Assembly: GCA_964615445.1 (NCBI GenBank)
Contig: CAZTOK010000004.1
Location: 7,436 to 71,435 of the forward strand
Direction: 5' to 3'
Source of the DNA: an uncultured Candidatus Saccharibacteria bacterium
GTDB lineage: Bacteria > Patescibacteriota > Saccharimonadia > Saccharimonadales > Saccharimonadaceae
DNA length: 64,000 nt
In this document: piece after piece, positions 36,805-45,728 of the stretch
How the letters are laid out: each line of letters opens with the position of its first letter
How positions within the stretch are numbered: the stretch's first letter is position 1
Notes under the pieces: generated by a model
The model's database searches: none
The model's input: only the letters and a program-made list of their open reading frames with translations
Told to the model about the DNA's origin: nothing
Made by a program: the position numbers and the translations under genes

Positions 36805-38169
36805 ATGGAGCATGCGTTATGGCAAAGTGTTTTAGGCGAAATCGAACTTTCTGTTTCACACGCTGCTTTTACCACCTGGTTTAAAAATACTGAGCTGGTG
36901 GGTTCTTCAGACAGTGAAGTAACTATTGCTGTGCCAAATATTTTTGCCAAACGCCAATTTGAAGTGAAGTTTAATGACCAAATTAAATCGGTACTGCAAA
37001 AAAACGGCGTTAGCCCTGAACGTATTACGTATACGGTTAAAACTACTGGGAAGAAAACCGTCAGCCGCGAGACAACGGCTACCTCCTTGGCCATCGATGA
37101 ACTTATTGCTCCAATGCCGCGCGCGCAACAAAGTACATCATCGAGCGTCAGCTCTAATGGACTTAATCCTCGCTACACCTTCTCTAATTTCATTGTTGGT
37201 TCAAGTAATGACCTCGCCTACACCGCCTGTCAAGCAGTCGCCACTACACCGGGTACAAAATACAATCCGCTCTTTTTATATGGCGGCGTTGGCCTTGGTA
37301 AAACTCATCTTATGCAGGCAGTAGGAAACGAGATAGTTCGCACACAGCCTGGAGCGCGGATTCTCTATATTAGTTCTGAAACATTTGTACAAGAATTTAT
37401 GGACACTATTCGCTTTAAAAAGAAAGGATTTGCCGACAAGTACCGCAATGTTGACGTACTAATTGTTGATGACATGCAATTTATTGCTGGGAAAGAAAAA
37501 ACTCAGGAAGAGTTTTTTCACACATTTAACGCGCTCCATCAGGCTAATAAGCAAATCATCATCAGTAGTGATAAGCCGCCAAAAAGCATTCCCACCTTAA
37601 CCGAACGTCTGCGAAGTAGGTTTGAGTGGGGTATGGCGATTGATATTCAAATGCCCGATTTTGAAACGCGTTGTGCCATCCTTGAAACCAAGGCCTTACT
37701 TTCTGGCGTTGAACTAGCTCGTGATACGGTAGAATACCTTGCGAATAATATTAAAACCAATATCCGCGAACTTGAAGGCGCCCTTAATCAATTACTTGCC
37801 TACGCAGAAATGCGCGGAGTAGCTCCGGATATTTCGACCGCAGAGGGACTTATTAGCAATGTACGCCATTCGCGTCCGCAGCACGTTACCTCCAAGCAAA
37901 TTATCGATAAAACTGCCAGACACTTCCAGATTGATGCCAAAGAGATCTGTAGCGCTAAACGCGACAAACACATTGTCGTACCGCGTCAAATCGCCATGTA
38001 TCTTCTTCGCAGCGAATTACACCTAAGTTTTCCAAAAATTGCTGGCGAGCTAGGGAGGAAAGACCACACAACTGCCATACATTCAGTGGAGAAGATAGAA
38101 AAGGCTATAAAGCTCGATTTTCTTATTCGCGAACAAGTAGCGGAAATTCGGGAGAAACTCTATGCCTAG
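36805..38169 (+). CDS. dnaA: Chromosomal replication initiator protein DnaA
   Basis: MEHALWQSVLGEIELSVSHAAFTTWF..., Walker A GGVGLGKTHL, IVDDMQF, the sensor region and the C-terminal DNA-binding block DHTTAIHSVEKI. I chose the ATG at 36805 (GAGGGTAAAAAGGA upstream) rather than the ORF-track start at 36727. Confidence 0.95.
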   Translation: MEHALWQSVLGEIELSVSHAAFTTWFKNTELVGSSDSEVTIAVPNIFAKRQFEVKFNDQIKSVLQKNGVSPERITYTVKTTGKKTVSRETTATSLAIDELIAPMPRAQQSTSSSVSSNGLNPRYTFSNFIVGSSNDLAYTACQAVATTPGTKYNPLFLYGGVGLGKTHLMQAVGNEIVRTQPGARILYISSETFVQEFMDTIRFKKKGFADKYRNVDVLIVDDMQFIAGKEKTQEEFFHTFNALHQANKQIIISSDKPPKSIPTLTERLRSRFEWGMAIDIQMPDFETRCAILETKALLSGVELARDTVEYLANNIKTNIRELEGALNQLLAYAEMRGVAPDISTAEGLISNVRHSRPQHVTSKQIIDKTARHFQIDAKEICSAKRDKHIVVPRQIAMYLLRSELHLSFPKIAGELGRKDHTTAIHSVEKIEKAIKLDFLIREQVAEIREKLYA

Positions 38170-38173
38170 GGCA

Positions 38174-38386
38174 TGTGGAAAATACGCGAATAATCTGCGA
38201 GTTGACATACGGGAACGCGTAGGACAACCGTCCACACATAGTCGAGTTGGCTTAGCAACAATTCGTGAAGCTGGGGTAAAACTCAAAGAAAGCCACCGCC
38301 TATACACATTACTCTCCACGTATTTTTCCCCACGTAAAAATAGTTTTCTACCACTGTCTGAACACTATTTTTACCCAGTTTCCACA
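38174..38386. promoter_or_regulatory. DnaA-box-like cluster in the dnaA-dnaN spacer (candidate oriC half)
   Basis: TGTGGAAAA at 38174-38182, TCCACAC at 38231-38237 and GTTTCCACA at 38378-38386, plus further CTCCACG/CCCCACG motifs. The 264-bp non-coding spacer ends in an AT-rich stretch. Confidence 0.5.
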
Positions 38387-38433
38387 GCACCTATTAACTA
38401 CTACAGCCAATTAAAAATTCAAGAAAGGTAATA

Positions 38434-39537
38434 ATGATGGAACTCAGTGTCACCCAAGAAAATCTCGCTAAAGCGCTCAGTAATGTTGGACGAGTAGCCA
38501 GCAGCAAAGCAGGACTTCCCATACTTAGTAATATTTTACTTCGAACAGACGGTAATCGTTTACTTGTTGCCGCGACAAACCTTGAAATTGCTTCAACTCA
38601 ATATGTTGGCGCCAAAATTATTACGCCAGGTTCACTCACCATTCCTGCACGCCTAGTGAGCGAGTTTGTAAGCAGTCTCCCAAAGGGAACAGTGGAGCTA
38701 AAAGTAACCGACAATCATCTCGATATAGCCTCGGGAAGCTACAGTTCGGTGATAAACGGTGTTGTTGCCGATGAATTTCCTGAACTTCCTACTATCGACG
38801 AAAAATCGTCTATTCAGTATAGTATTAGTACATCTGATTTCAAACAAGCAGTAGCTCAGACGATCATTACGAGTAGTAATGACAGTACACGACCAGTGCT
38901 CACTGGTGTCTATTGGCATTCGTTTGGCGGCCATCTCTATCTTGCTGCTACTGATGGATACCGACTTTCGGAGCGACGACTGGTCGAAACGAAAAGTGAG
39001 GTGGCTGCCATTATTCCTACGACCACTCTTCAAGAAGTACTTCGTACAGTAGCGGATGATGTTAATGAAATCGATGTTCTATTTGATGAAACACAAGTTA
39101 GATTCCGCGTTGGTGAATCAGAAATTACCAGCCGCCTTATTGACGGCAACTACCCTGATTATCGCCAGCTTATTCCAGAAACATCAGAGACAAATATGGT
39201 CATAAATACAGCCGAGTTTATACGTATTACCAAGATTGCTGGACTGTTTGCACGTGAATCTGGCGGCAGCGTGACACTTGCAGCCGATAAAGAAAAGCAA
39301 ACGCTTTCGATTCATTCTATTGCTTCTGAGCTTGGCGAAAATACCTCAAGCACGTCATCTGAGGTATCGGAAGATGGGCAGGTAACGCTTAACTCCCGCT
39401 ATATTAGTGAGGCGTTGGCGGTAATAGACGGTGCTCAGGTGGTCTTTCGCTTTAGTGGTAAGTTGTCACCATGTGTATTGACGGCAAAAACTGAGGACGT
39501 CAATTATAAGCATATAATTATGCCTTTAAAGAGCTAG
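38434..39537 (+). CDS. dnaN: DNA polymerase III beta sliding clamp
   Basis: 367 aa with LAKALSNVGRVASSKAGLPILSNILL...ATDGYRLS...IDGNYPDYRQLIP...IIMPLK. Confidence 0.95.
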   Translation: MMELSVTQENLAKALSNVGRVASSKAGLPILSNILLRTDGNRLLVAATNLEIASTQYVGAKIITPGSLTIPARLVSEFVSSLPKGTVELKVTDNHLDIASGSYSSVINGVVADEFPELPTIDEKSSIQYSISTSDFKQAVAQTIITSSNDSTRPVLTGVYWHSFGGHLYLAATDGYRLSERRLVETKSEVAAIIPTTTLQEVLRTVADDVNEIDVLFDETQVRFRVGESEITSRLIDGNYPDYRQLIPETSETNMVINTAEFIRITKIAGLFARESGGSVTLAADKEKQTLSIHSIASELGENTSSTSSEVSEDGQVTLNSRYISEALAVIDGAQVVFRFSGKLSPCVLTAKTEDVNYKHIIMPLKS

Positions 39538-39538
39538 C

Positions 39539-40582
39539 ATGAGTCTGATTACTTCTCTTCGCGTCCAGCATGTTCGAACGCATGGTGATATTACTGTCGC
39601 TATTTCGCCGAAGGCGACACTTATTACAGGATTAAATGGCAGCGGAAAAACGTCATTAGTTGAAGCACTTTTTATCGCTCTGCAAGGATCGTCGTTTAAA
39701 GGAGGTGATGGAGAGGTACTCAAACGTAATGAGTCGTGGTATCGCATCGATGTTTCTTATGCTGACAAGAGCAGACGTATTGTAAAGTTTGACAGTAAGA
39801 AAACAAGTGGCCGCAAGCAATTTACCGTTGATGGCAAGGTGCAATACCGGCTTCCTGCACGCTTTAAGTATCCTGTAGTATTGTTTGAACCGGACGATTT
39901 ACGGCTCTTAACTGGCTCCCCATCACGCCGTCGCCAATTTATAGATAGGTTCATTAGCCAGCTTGATCCACACTATGACCTTGCATTACGCCGCTACGAC
40001 CGCGCCTTAAAACAACGTAACGCGCTCTTAAAACAGTCACGCATGCATAGTGATGATATATTTGCTTGGAATGTTTCACTGAGTGAATATGGTGCACTTA
40101 TTATCGCCAAGCGTCAACACTTTTTAGATACACTTAACGAAGAGCTGAATGCTACGTACGAACGCATTGCGCATACTGGCGATACTGTATCGATTAGCTA
40201 CTCGTTTCTTCCGCGTCATTCGTTACAACAAAAATTGCTCGCAGATCTTGATGTAAATAGTGAGAGAGACCGTCTACTTGGCTATACGTCGAGTGGACCT
40301 CATCGTCATGATGTTATCTTTACCTTTAACGACGTCCCTGCACTTACGGTAGTGTCGCGGGGCGAAACGCGGAGTATTATTTTGGCGCTTAAATTCTTGG
40401 AAATGAATATCACAGAAGCGCTTACTGGAAAGAATCCTATTGTGCTTTTGGACGATGTTTTTAGTGAGCTTGATGAAGAGCGGCAGCGTTATTTAATTCA
40501 ATTTACTACCAATAACCAGGTCATTATTACCTCTGCAACTCATGGTGACGTGATTGATACTAAATATATAACTGCACTATAG
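39539..40582 (+). CDS. recF: DNA replication and repair protein RecF
   Basis: Walker A GLNGSGKTSLVEAL, signature GPHRHD and Walker B LLDDVFSELD. Confidence 0.9.
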   Translation: MSLITSLRVQHVRTHGDITVAISPKATLITGLNGSGKTSLVEALFIALQGSSFKGGDGEVLKRNESWYRIDVSYADKSRRIVKFDSKKTSGRKQFTVDGKVQYRLPARFKYPVVLFEPDDLRLLTGSPSRRRQFIDRFISQLDPHYDLALRRYDRALKQRNALLKQSRMHSDDIFAWNVSLSEYGALIIAKRQHFLDTLNEELNATYERIAHTGDTVSISYSFLPRHSLQQKLLADLDVNSERDRLLGYTSSGPHRHDVIFTFNDVPALTVVSRGETRSIILALKFLEMNITEALTGKNPIVLLDDVFSELDEERQRYLIQFTTNNQVIITSATHGDVIDTKYITAL

Positions 40583-40592
40583 TTATAGTGTT

Positions 40593-41309
40593 TTACTGAG
40601 CGCCTACGGCATTATTGTCGATGAAGTACGTTGGTGCTGGAGTTGCTGGTGCGGTACTTGGTTCGCTGAAGTATGTATTAGTCTGCCGCAGTACATCTTC
40701 TGGTATGTTTGGATAATCAATTTTATTAAGCGTAATGTCTGGTTCGGTAGCAAGTGACCACTGGTCATTTACAAGATGAGCGATGAGGTGAAGCGTATCG
40801 CGATTGTCGGTGTCCGAACCTTTATACACCAGTGCTGTTCCGTACCACTCTCCTTGATCGAATAGTCTCCCCTCTTGCAGTGTGTAGGTAGATGGAACGG
40901 ATGGATACTTAGAAAAAATGAGCGACGTGAGGGCTGTTTGGTTTTTATCGAGTAACTGGCTAAGATAATCAGTCGAATAAGATACCGTAAATGTTTTTGT
41001 AATAGGTGTGTCACCGACTGTGATTGACATGGGGCTGGCGTCGATATTCATACCGCTTGCCTTGATAATGTATACGCCCTTAGTAATACTAAATGGTACG
41101 TTTGAAGTAATTGTTTGTATAGCTGGGCCACTGGTATCAGTTGAGGTGCCATCTTTAGCATGGTAGAGACTAAGTGTGACCCCTCCCTCTTTATTATCGA
41201 AGGTTATGGTAACTTTTTGCGGTGTACTAGTAAGGATGCCGTAGGCAATCAAGCCAATCACAACAAAGGTAATAACAATTCCAATAATTAAGACGATTCT
41301 TCGATTCAT
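40593..41309 (-). CDS. Bitopic membrane protein with a beta-rich ectodomain; last gene of the T4SS-like operon
   Basis: N-terminal TM (IVLIIGIVITFVVIGLIAYGIL). ATGA overlap with the upstream gene. No family recognised. Confidence 0.5.
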   Translation of the reverse strand: MNRRIVLIIGIVITFVVIGLIAYGILTSTPQKVTITFDNKEGGVTLSLYHAKDGTSTDTSGPAIQTITSNVPFSITKGVYIIKASGMNIDASPMSITVGDTPITKTFTVSYSTDYLSQLLDKNQTALTSLIFSKYPSVPSTYTLQEGRLFDQGEWYGTALVYKGSDTDNRDTLHLIAHLVNDQWSLATEPDITLNKIDYPNIPEDVLRQTNTYFSEPSTAPATPAPTYFIDNNAVGAQ

Positions 41310-41938
41310 TTTAGTTGACTCACGTAATTAGTATAGTTAATTTTGAAATCTGCCGGATTGAATCCCCAGTTGTATATTTTTTGGATAGCTTGATAACGGT
41401 ACATCGCAGAAACACCGGTAATTGTTAATTGAATGGTTTTATTATCGGATGACGTATAGCCAATACTATAGTAAGGGTCGTTGTAAGGGAGGTTTTTAAC
41501 GATTGGGTTAGTGTCTTGGAAACTTTGTGTAATAGCAGCTGCGCTTCTGGCGCCATCCTGCTCGGTTTGGAGATACAAGTCTTGATGGCCTGCTACCCAT
41601 TTCTTTGCATCGTCTGAGGCCGGAAGGAGCTGAATGTTGTAGATGCCTGTATCATTCGGTACGGTGAGCGTGTTGCTAAAGTCATCAAATCCGTCTTTAT
41701 GAGCGTGAATGCTATATGAGCCTGGCTTTAGGTAGAGAGTGCCTGGTGAAATAGTCTGAGAGTTGTTAAGTGTTACTGTCGCGTCTTGGGGTAGCAGTTT
41801 TAATGTAAGCTGTACTTTGTCTTGACGCTGTTGAGCGGTATATATCTGGTAAACAGTAAATCCTCCAATAGCAACAATGAGCGCGGCGGCAAGGATAATG
41901 ATCTGTCGACGATATTGTAAAAATAATTCCCCAAGCAT
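41306..41938 (-). CDS. Bitopic membrane protein with a PEGA-like domain
   Basis: N-terminal TM (IIILAAALIVAIGGFTVYQIY), then LYLKPGSYSIHAHKDGFDDFSNTLTV (PEGA-like). Confidence 0.5.
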   Translation of the reverse strand: MLGELFLQYRRQIIILAAALIVAIGGFTVYQIYTAQQRQDKVQLTLKLLPQDATVTLNNSQTISPGTLYLKPGSYSIHAHKDGFDDFSNTLTVPNDTGIYNIQLLPASDDAKKWVAGHQDLYLQTEQDGARSAAAITQSFQDTNPIVKNLPYNDPYYSIGYTSSDNKTIQLTITGVSAMYRYQAIQKIYNWGFNPADFKINYTNYVSQLK

Positions 41939-41943
41939 ATTTT

Positions 41944-43176
41944 CTATTTCTTTCTATACCAGTTAAAATGACTATCAGTTGGGCTTTGCACGTCGGCCAT
42001 TGGTGCACGTTCATCTAGTGAGGCAGAAGCAATTTTCTCAGGATTTCCATTGGCAACGGTACGGCCATGTGCCGGGTCGTCGCCAAAGCCACTAATCGCT
42101 CCTACCCATACGAATGTGTGTCCTTCCTGGCCCGTGAAAGAACTTTTAATGGCCACATCGCCGGGTTGTAAGTTGGCTGGATTGATAGTGCCTCCCGTTC
42201 CTAAGTATTGCCAGTTTTCTTTTAGCCATTTTTCCTGTGCATCGGTATTGCCACCACCTTTACTCGGAAGATCACCATAATTGTAATTTGGTTCAAAGCC
42301 ACTATTAATCATAAGAAGTGATACGAAGCCACCACAGTCAATACCAGGATGTACAGAACCTCCAACGTACATGTGATTGCTTTGTGCTTGTTGAACGGCA
42401 TCTGTCCAAGCTTGCTGTGCAACAATAGTGAGTCCTCGGTACTGTGGCCAAGCGTAGGCCATAACTTTATCGTTAAGCGTTCCATTTGAACAGCCAGTGC
42501 CGGCTGATGATCCTGACGGTGCACCACTTGGTAGTGTCGCGACCGGTGCGGCGTTTTTGTATTGGTCATATAGTTTTTTTGCATTACCGCCACGGTTAGC
42601 GATAATTTGCTCAAGCGTATCATTTGAACCTTCAAAGTCACGGTGGAATACAAATGCGGCTTGAATTGGATCAGACTGTGCAAGAAGCGACTGTAGTGCT
42701 TTTGAGTGGGTCGTTTGTAGTTCTTGCCAGCTGAAACCAAGTTGCCCACCCAGATCGGTAATACCTACTTTTTGATCTTTTATAAAGTTCTCAAGCGGTA
42801 TTTGACGAGAGCTGAAGGTCCATTGGGCAATACCGAAGCCCACGCCATCTTTTGGTACATAGCTGTCGTCAACAATTCTACCGCCCTGCTCTTTTGCGGA
42901 GTTAACGCCAGATTCGGCAATAAAGTTACCAACAATACCTGCGGCTTGGGCAAGATTAAGTCCCTTCCCCATATAAAAGTTGAGGGCTTTCTCGATAGCA
43001 TCCTTTCCATTGAGCGTGGTCGAGCCACATCCACCGCTGGCATCTGGATTGTAGTAAATGATATCGTTTCCACTATAAAAATTGCGATCGAATGCACTAA
43101 CCTCTTGCACTGAAGTTGCGGCTATAAGGATGGCAACAAGAGAGAGTGGTAAGATTTTACGATACCAACGTAGCAT
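41944..43176 (-). CDS. Secreted bifunctional peptidoglycan hydrolase: phage-tail-lysozyme-like domain plus NlpC/P60- or CHAP-like cysteine peptidase
   Basis: Signal/TM (ILPLSLVAILIAATSV). The lysozyme-type block is AAGIVGNFIAESGVNS...GFGIAQWTFSSR...QLGFSWQEL. The peptidase part has GIDCGGFVSLLM (Cys) and GHTFVWVG (His). Confidence 0.75.
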   Translation of the reverse strand: MLRWYRKILPLSLVAILIAATSVQEVSAFDRNFYSGNDIIYYNPDASGGCGSTTLNGKDAIEKALNFYMGKGLNLAQAAGIVGNFIAESGVNSAKEQGGRIVDDSYVPKDGVGFGIAQWTFSSRQIPLENFIKDQKVGITDLGGQLGFSWQELQTTHSKALQSLLAQSDPIQAAFVFHRDFEGSNDTLEQIIANRGGNAKKLYDQYKNAAPVATLPSGAPSGSSAGTGCSNGTLNDKVMAYAWPQYRGLTIVAQQAWTDAVQQAQSNHMYVGGSVHPGIDCGGFVSLLMINSGFEPNYNYGDLPSKGGGNTDAQEKWLKENWQYLGTGGTINPANLQPGDVAIKSSFTGQEGHTFVWVGAISGFGDDPAHGRTVANGNPEKIASASLDERAPMADVQSPTDSHFNWYRKK

Positions 43177-45716
43177 TAATACGTCCTTCCTGTTGCTATA
43201 GCATGAAGTAAACTACCAATAGTGGTTAGACTGAAAGGGTTAGTCGTGCCGACTGCTTGCTGGGATGGGTCATCATAAAATGCTTGCGTCGCTGGGCTGT
43301 TTGTTCCAGGCGATTCATCGATGGTATCATTCGCTGGGTGGTAGCCTGTGTAATCGCTAAACATTTCTAACTGCGGGGTGTCGGGAAGGCAATTTTTACC
43401 CGTATACCAATCGGCACTGTCGGTCATATCCTCGGCATTAACTGTGGTACTTCCCCAAGGGTCGGTCCGATTAACGCAGTATTTCAAGTAACGTTCATAA
43501 TCACTACCCGGCTTAGGGTTGCCGGCGACATCAATCTGCTGATATGTTTCCATGTAGTCAAGCACTTTGTTAGGGTCAGCCGAAGGGCCACCGGGGACAG
43601 TACGCACAACACATCCCATATCTGGCTGAATACCGGCATCGTTATAGTCAGAGTCATTCGTACACTGACTAAATCGGGTATCGCTGTAGTTTGATACTGG
43701 CATGCTGTAGGCGGCATTCGCGTTTTTTACTATGCTATTTAGCGATGTTGGCAAGGCTGAGAATACTTTACTAAAGGTTGAGAGGAATGGAACACTAGTA
43801 GCTGCTGGAGTGGTAGCAAATTGGTGCATCATCGATCCTAGGAATGAATAGCGGTTGGTAAACGCAAATGGTGTGTTGCGAGCGTCGTATTGCTCTATGG
43901 CAACTTGCTGCTGCTCCACCGCAGCATTATCAGCCATGTTTTTTCGTATAGCATCTAGCTTACCTGGCTTCAAACCAAAGTGCATAGCGGCACTCCCCAT
44001 GATACTAGCTGTTCCAATAAAGAGCACATTGCCCGCATCAACCCCGGCAACGCTTGAGGTAATGTCGGCACCTGCCGCGGCTTGAACCGCAGCATTTACT
44101 AGGTATCCTGCCCAATCTTCCACCGGAAGTATCGCAAAAAGTCCACTGAGTGCAACCGAGAAAATAGGCGCTGCTAAGAAACTGATGACGGTAGTAAGCG
44201 TATTATTAGTTATTTTACATACGTCTCTCATTGTCTCTTTGCCAATATGTGTCTTTATCCAGGACATGGCAGTGCCGAGCGCGCCAAGGAAGGCACCTCC
44301 AATAAATAATCGCTTAGCGATGCTTGAAAGATTAATGCTGTCGCCGTACGCTACTACTTTGTATGCCTCTGAGTCGAGCGCATTCTTCCCCTTATTTGGA
44401 TTATCAATCATTTGGCCGGTTTCGGGGTCCTGTATTTTATCTGGGAAGCTTGAGGGTGCTAAAATATCTACACCTTTTTGCACCTCGGCCCCAGTTGCTT
44501 GGTTTGCCTTAATGGAGGCTGCGAGGGTTAATATAGCCATAGCAAACGACATATACCTTGCTGCTTTAAGAACCTTTGCCGAGGTAGATATAATATTTCC
44601 CATGTTATAGCCTAGACAAATAAGTTGCGGCCCAAGCACGACATTGGATCCGTGTAGACTTAAGTGAGTAACTGTTTTACCTGCTTTTATTGCGCTATTT
44701 ATCGCGCTTGCCGTATCGTTTCCTGTAGCATTCGCTGCGGCTTTGGTTTTATCGCCGCTGTCGTCCGCTACTGCATTAGTGGATAAATCTTCCGACTGGC
44801 CTTTCACGGCTTCATCGAATGACTTATTGGCTTCGTCGGCAGTGTCGCCACTGATTTTTTTTGCTTTTGTAAGATGAAGGCCGCTTAATACTCCATCGAA
44901 AAACTTTCCTAAAAAGAAACTATTTTTAAGGCTATAGGCAGCATTAAAATGACTGGCAGCCTCGACGTCTGTTTTTAATATTGAACCTAGCTCGCTCACG
45001 TTACTTGCGCGCGGCCCGCTCCCTGGCGTGCCGTCCTCGCCCGGGAATTTAATAGCGGTAACTCCCACGCGGCTACCTTGAGTAGTTTTTCCTTCAAATG
45101 TAAAACCTTTAGATTCGAATTTCTTTACTGTTTCTTCGTCTATAGTATTAAATTTACAGCGAATCGAAACGACAGAGTTACAAGCGCTAAACTTCTTTTG
45201 TAAGCCGCCCAACTTGGTTCCGAAAAGATTAATGGTTTTAATCTGTTGCGAAGAATTAGCATCATTTGTATCGTTAGTGAATTCTTCCATAATATCAATG
45301 GGAAGAAGTGCTGCGAGTCCGGTAAATCCAAATGTCCCTCCGCCAAGAAGCAGTAGTAAAATAAATCCAAGTGGACCTTTTTTCCTTATTCTTCCTTTTA
45401 CTGCTTGTTTTTTTGGTTGTGTGCTACTAACATTGTCCTTCCAGCGCCCGTTTTGCTCTTGATCTCTGGTATCATCTATGTTTTTGGTTGATACGGCATG
45501 TAAATCACCGCGCTCCGAAGTTGTTTCGCCACCCCCTTGAATAACTCCAAAACGGTGTTCTTGTTCGCTTAAATCCTCTGAGATATTGTCATCTGGCACT
45601 GATGATAGGTTGCCACGTTCGGGAGTATAGTCGCCATCCCCCTGAATAACATGCAAATCGGGCCGAATAGTAGGCTCTATTTCTTCATGACGGGATTGAC
45701 GTGCGGGTTCGGCCAT
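43176..45716 (-). CDS. 846-aa polytopic membrane protein of unknown family (T4SS-like operon)
   Basis: An acidic N-terminus with a duplicated VIQGxGxxTxERGxL motif, a TM at GFILLLLLGGGTFGFTGLAALL, and further hydrophobic helices in the middle third. TAATG junctions on both sides. Confidence 0.55.
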   Translation of the reverse strand: MAEPARQSRHEEIEPTIRPDLHVIQGDGDYTPERGNLSSVPDDNISEDLSEQEHRFGVIQGGGETTSERGDLHAVSTKNIDDTRDQEQNGRWKDNVSSTQPKKQAVKGRIRKKGPLGFILLLLLGGGTFGFTGLAALLPIDIMEEFTNDTNDANSSQQIKTINLFGTKLGGLQKKFSACNSVVSIRCKFNTIDEETVKKFESKGFTFEGKTTQGSRVGVTAIKFPGEDGTPGSGPRASNVSELGSILKTDVEAASHFNAAYSLKNSFFLGKFFDGVLSGLHLTKAKKISGDTADEANKSFDEAVKGQSEDLSTNAVADDSGDKTKAAANATGNDTASAINSAIKAGKTVTHLSLHGSNVVLGPQLICLGYNMGNIISTSAKVLKAARYMSFAMAILTLAASIKANQATGAEVQKGVDILAPSSFPDKIQDPETGQMIDNPNKGKNALDSEAYKVVAYGDSINLSSIAKRLFIGGAFLGALGTAMSWIKTHIGKETMRDVCKITNNTLTTVISFLAAPIFSVALSGLFAILPVEDWAGYLVNAAVQAAAGADITSSVAGVDAGNVLFIGTASIMGSAAMHFGLKPGKLDAIRKNMADNAAVEQQQVAIEQYDARNTPFAFTNRYSFLGSMMHQFATTPAATSVPFLSTFSKVFSALPTSLNSIVKNANAAYSMPVSNYSDTRFSQCTNDSDYNDAGIQPDMGCVVRTVPGGPSADPNKVLDYMETYQQIDVAGNPKPGSDYERYLKYCVNRTDPWGSTTVNAEDMTDSADWYTGKNCLPDTPQLEMFSDYTGYHPANDTIDESPGTNSPATQAFYDDPSQQAVGTTNPFSLTTIGSLLHAIATGRTY

Positions 45717-45728
45717 AAGTTGCCTTTA

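Noticed and set aside
36705-37094. 129-aa minus-strand ORF, and the 5' extension of dnaA to ATG 36727
   Set aside because: The minus ORF is antisense to the dnaA N-terminus. The 26-codon extension (MHWLWKTSSTCIVRS...) runs through the DnaA-box cluster and lacks an SD, whereas ATG 36805 gives a canonical DnaA N-terminus.
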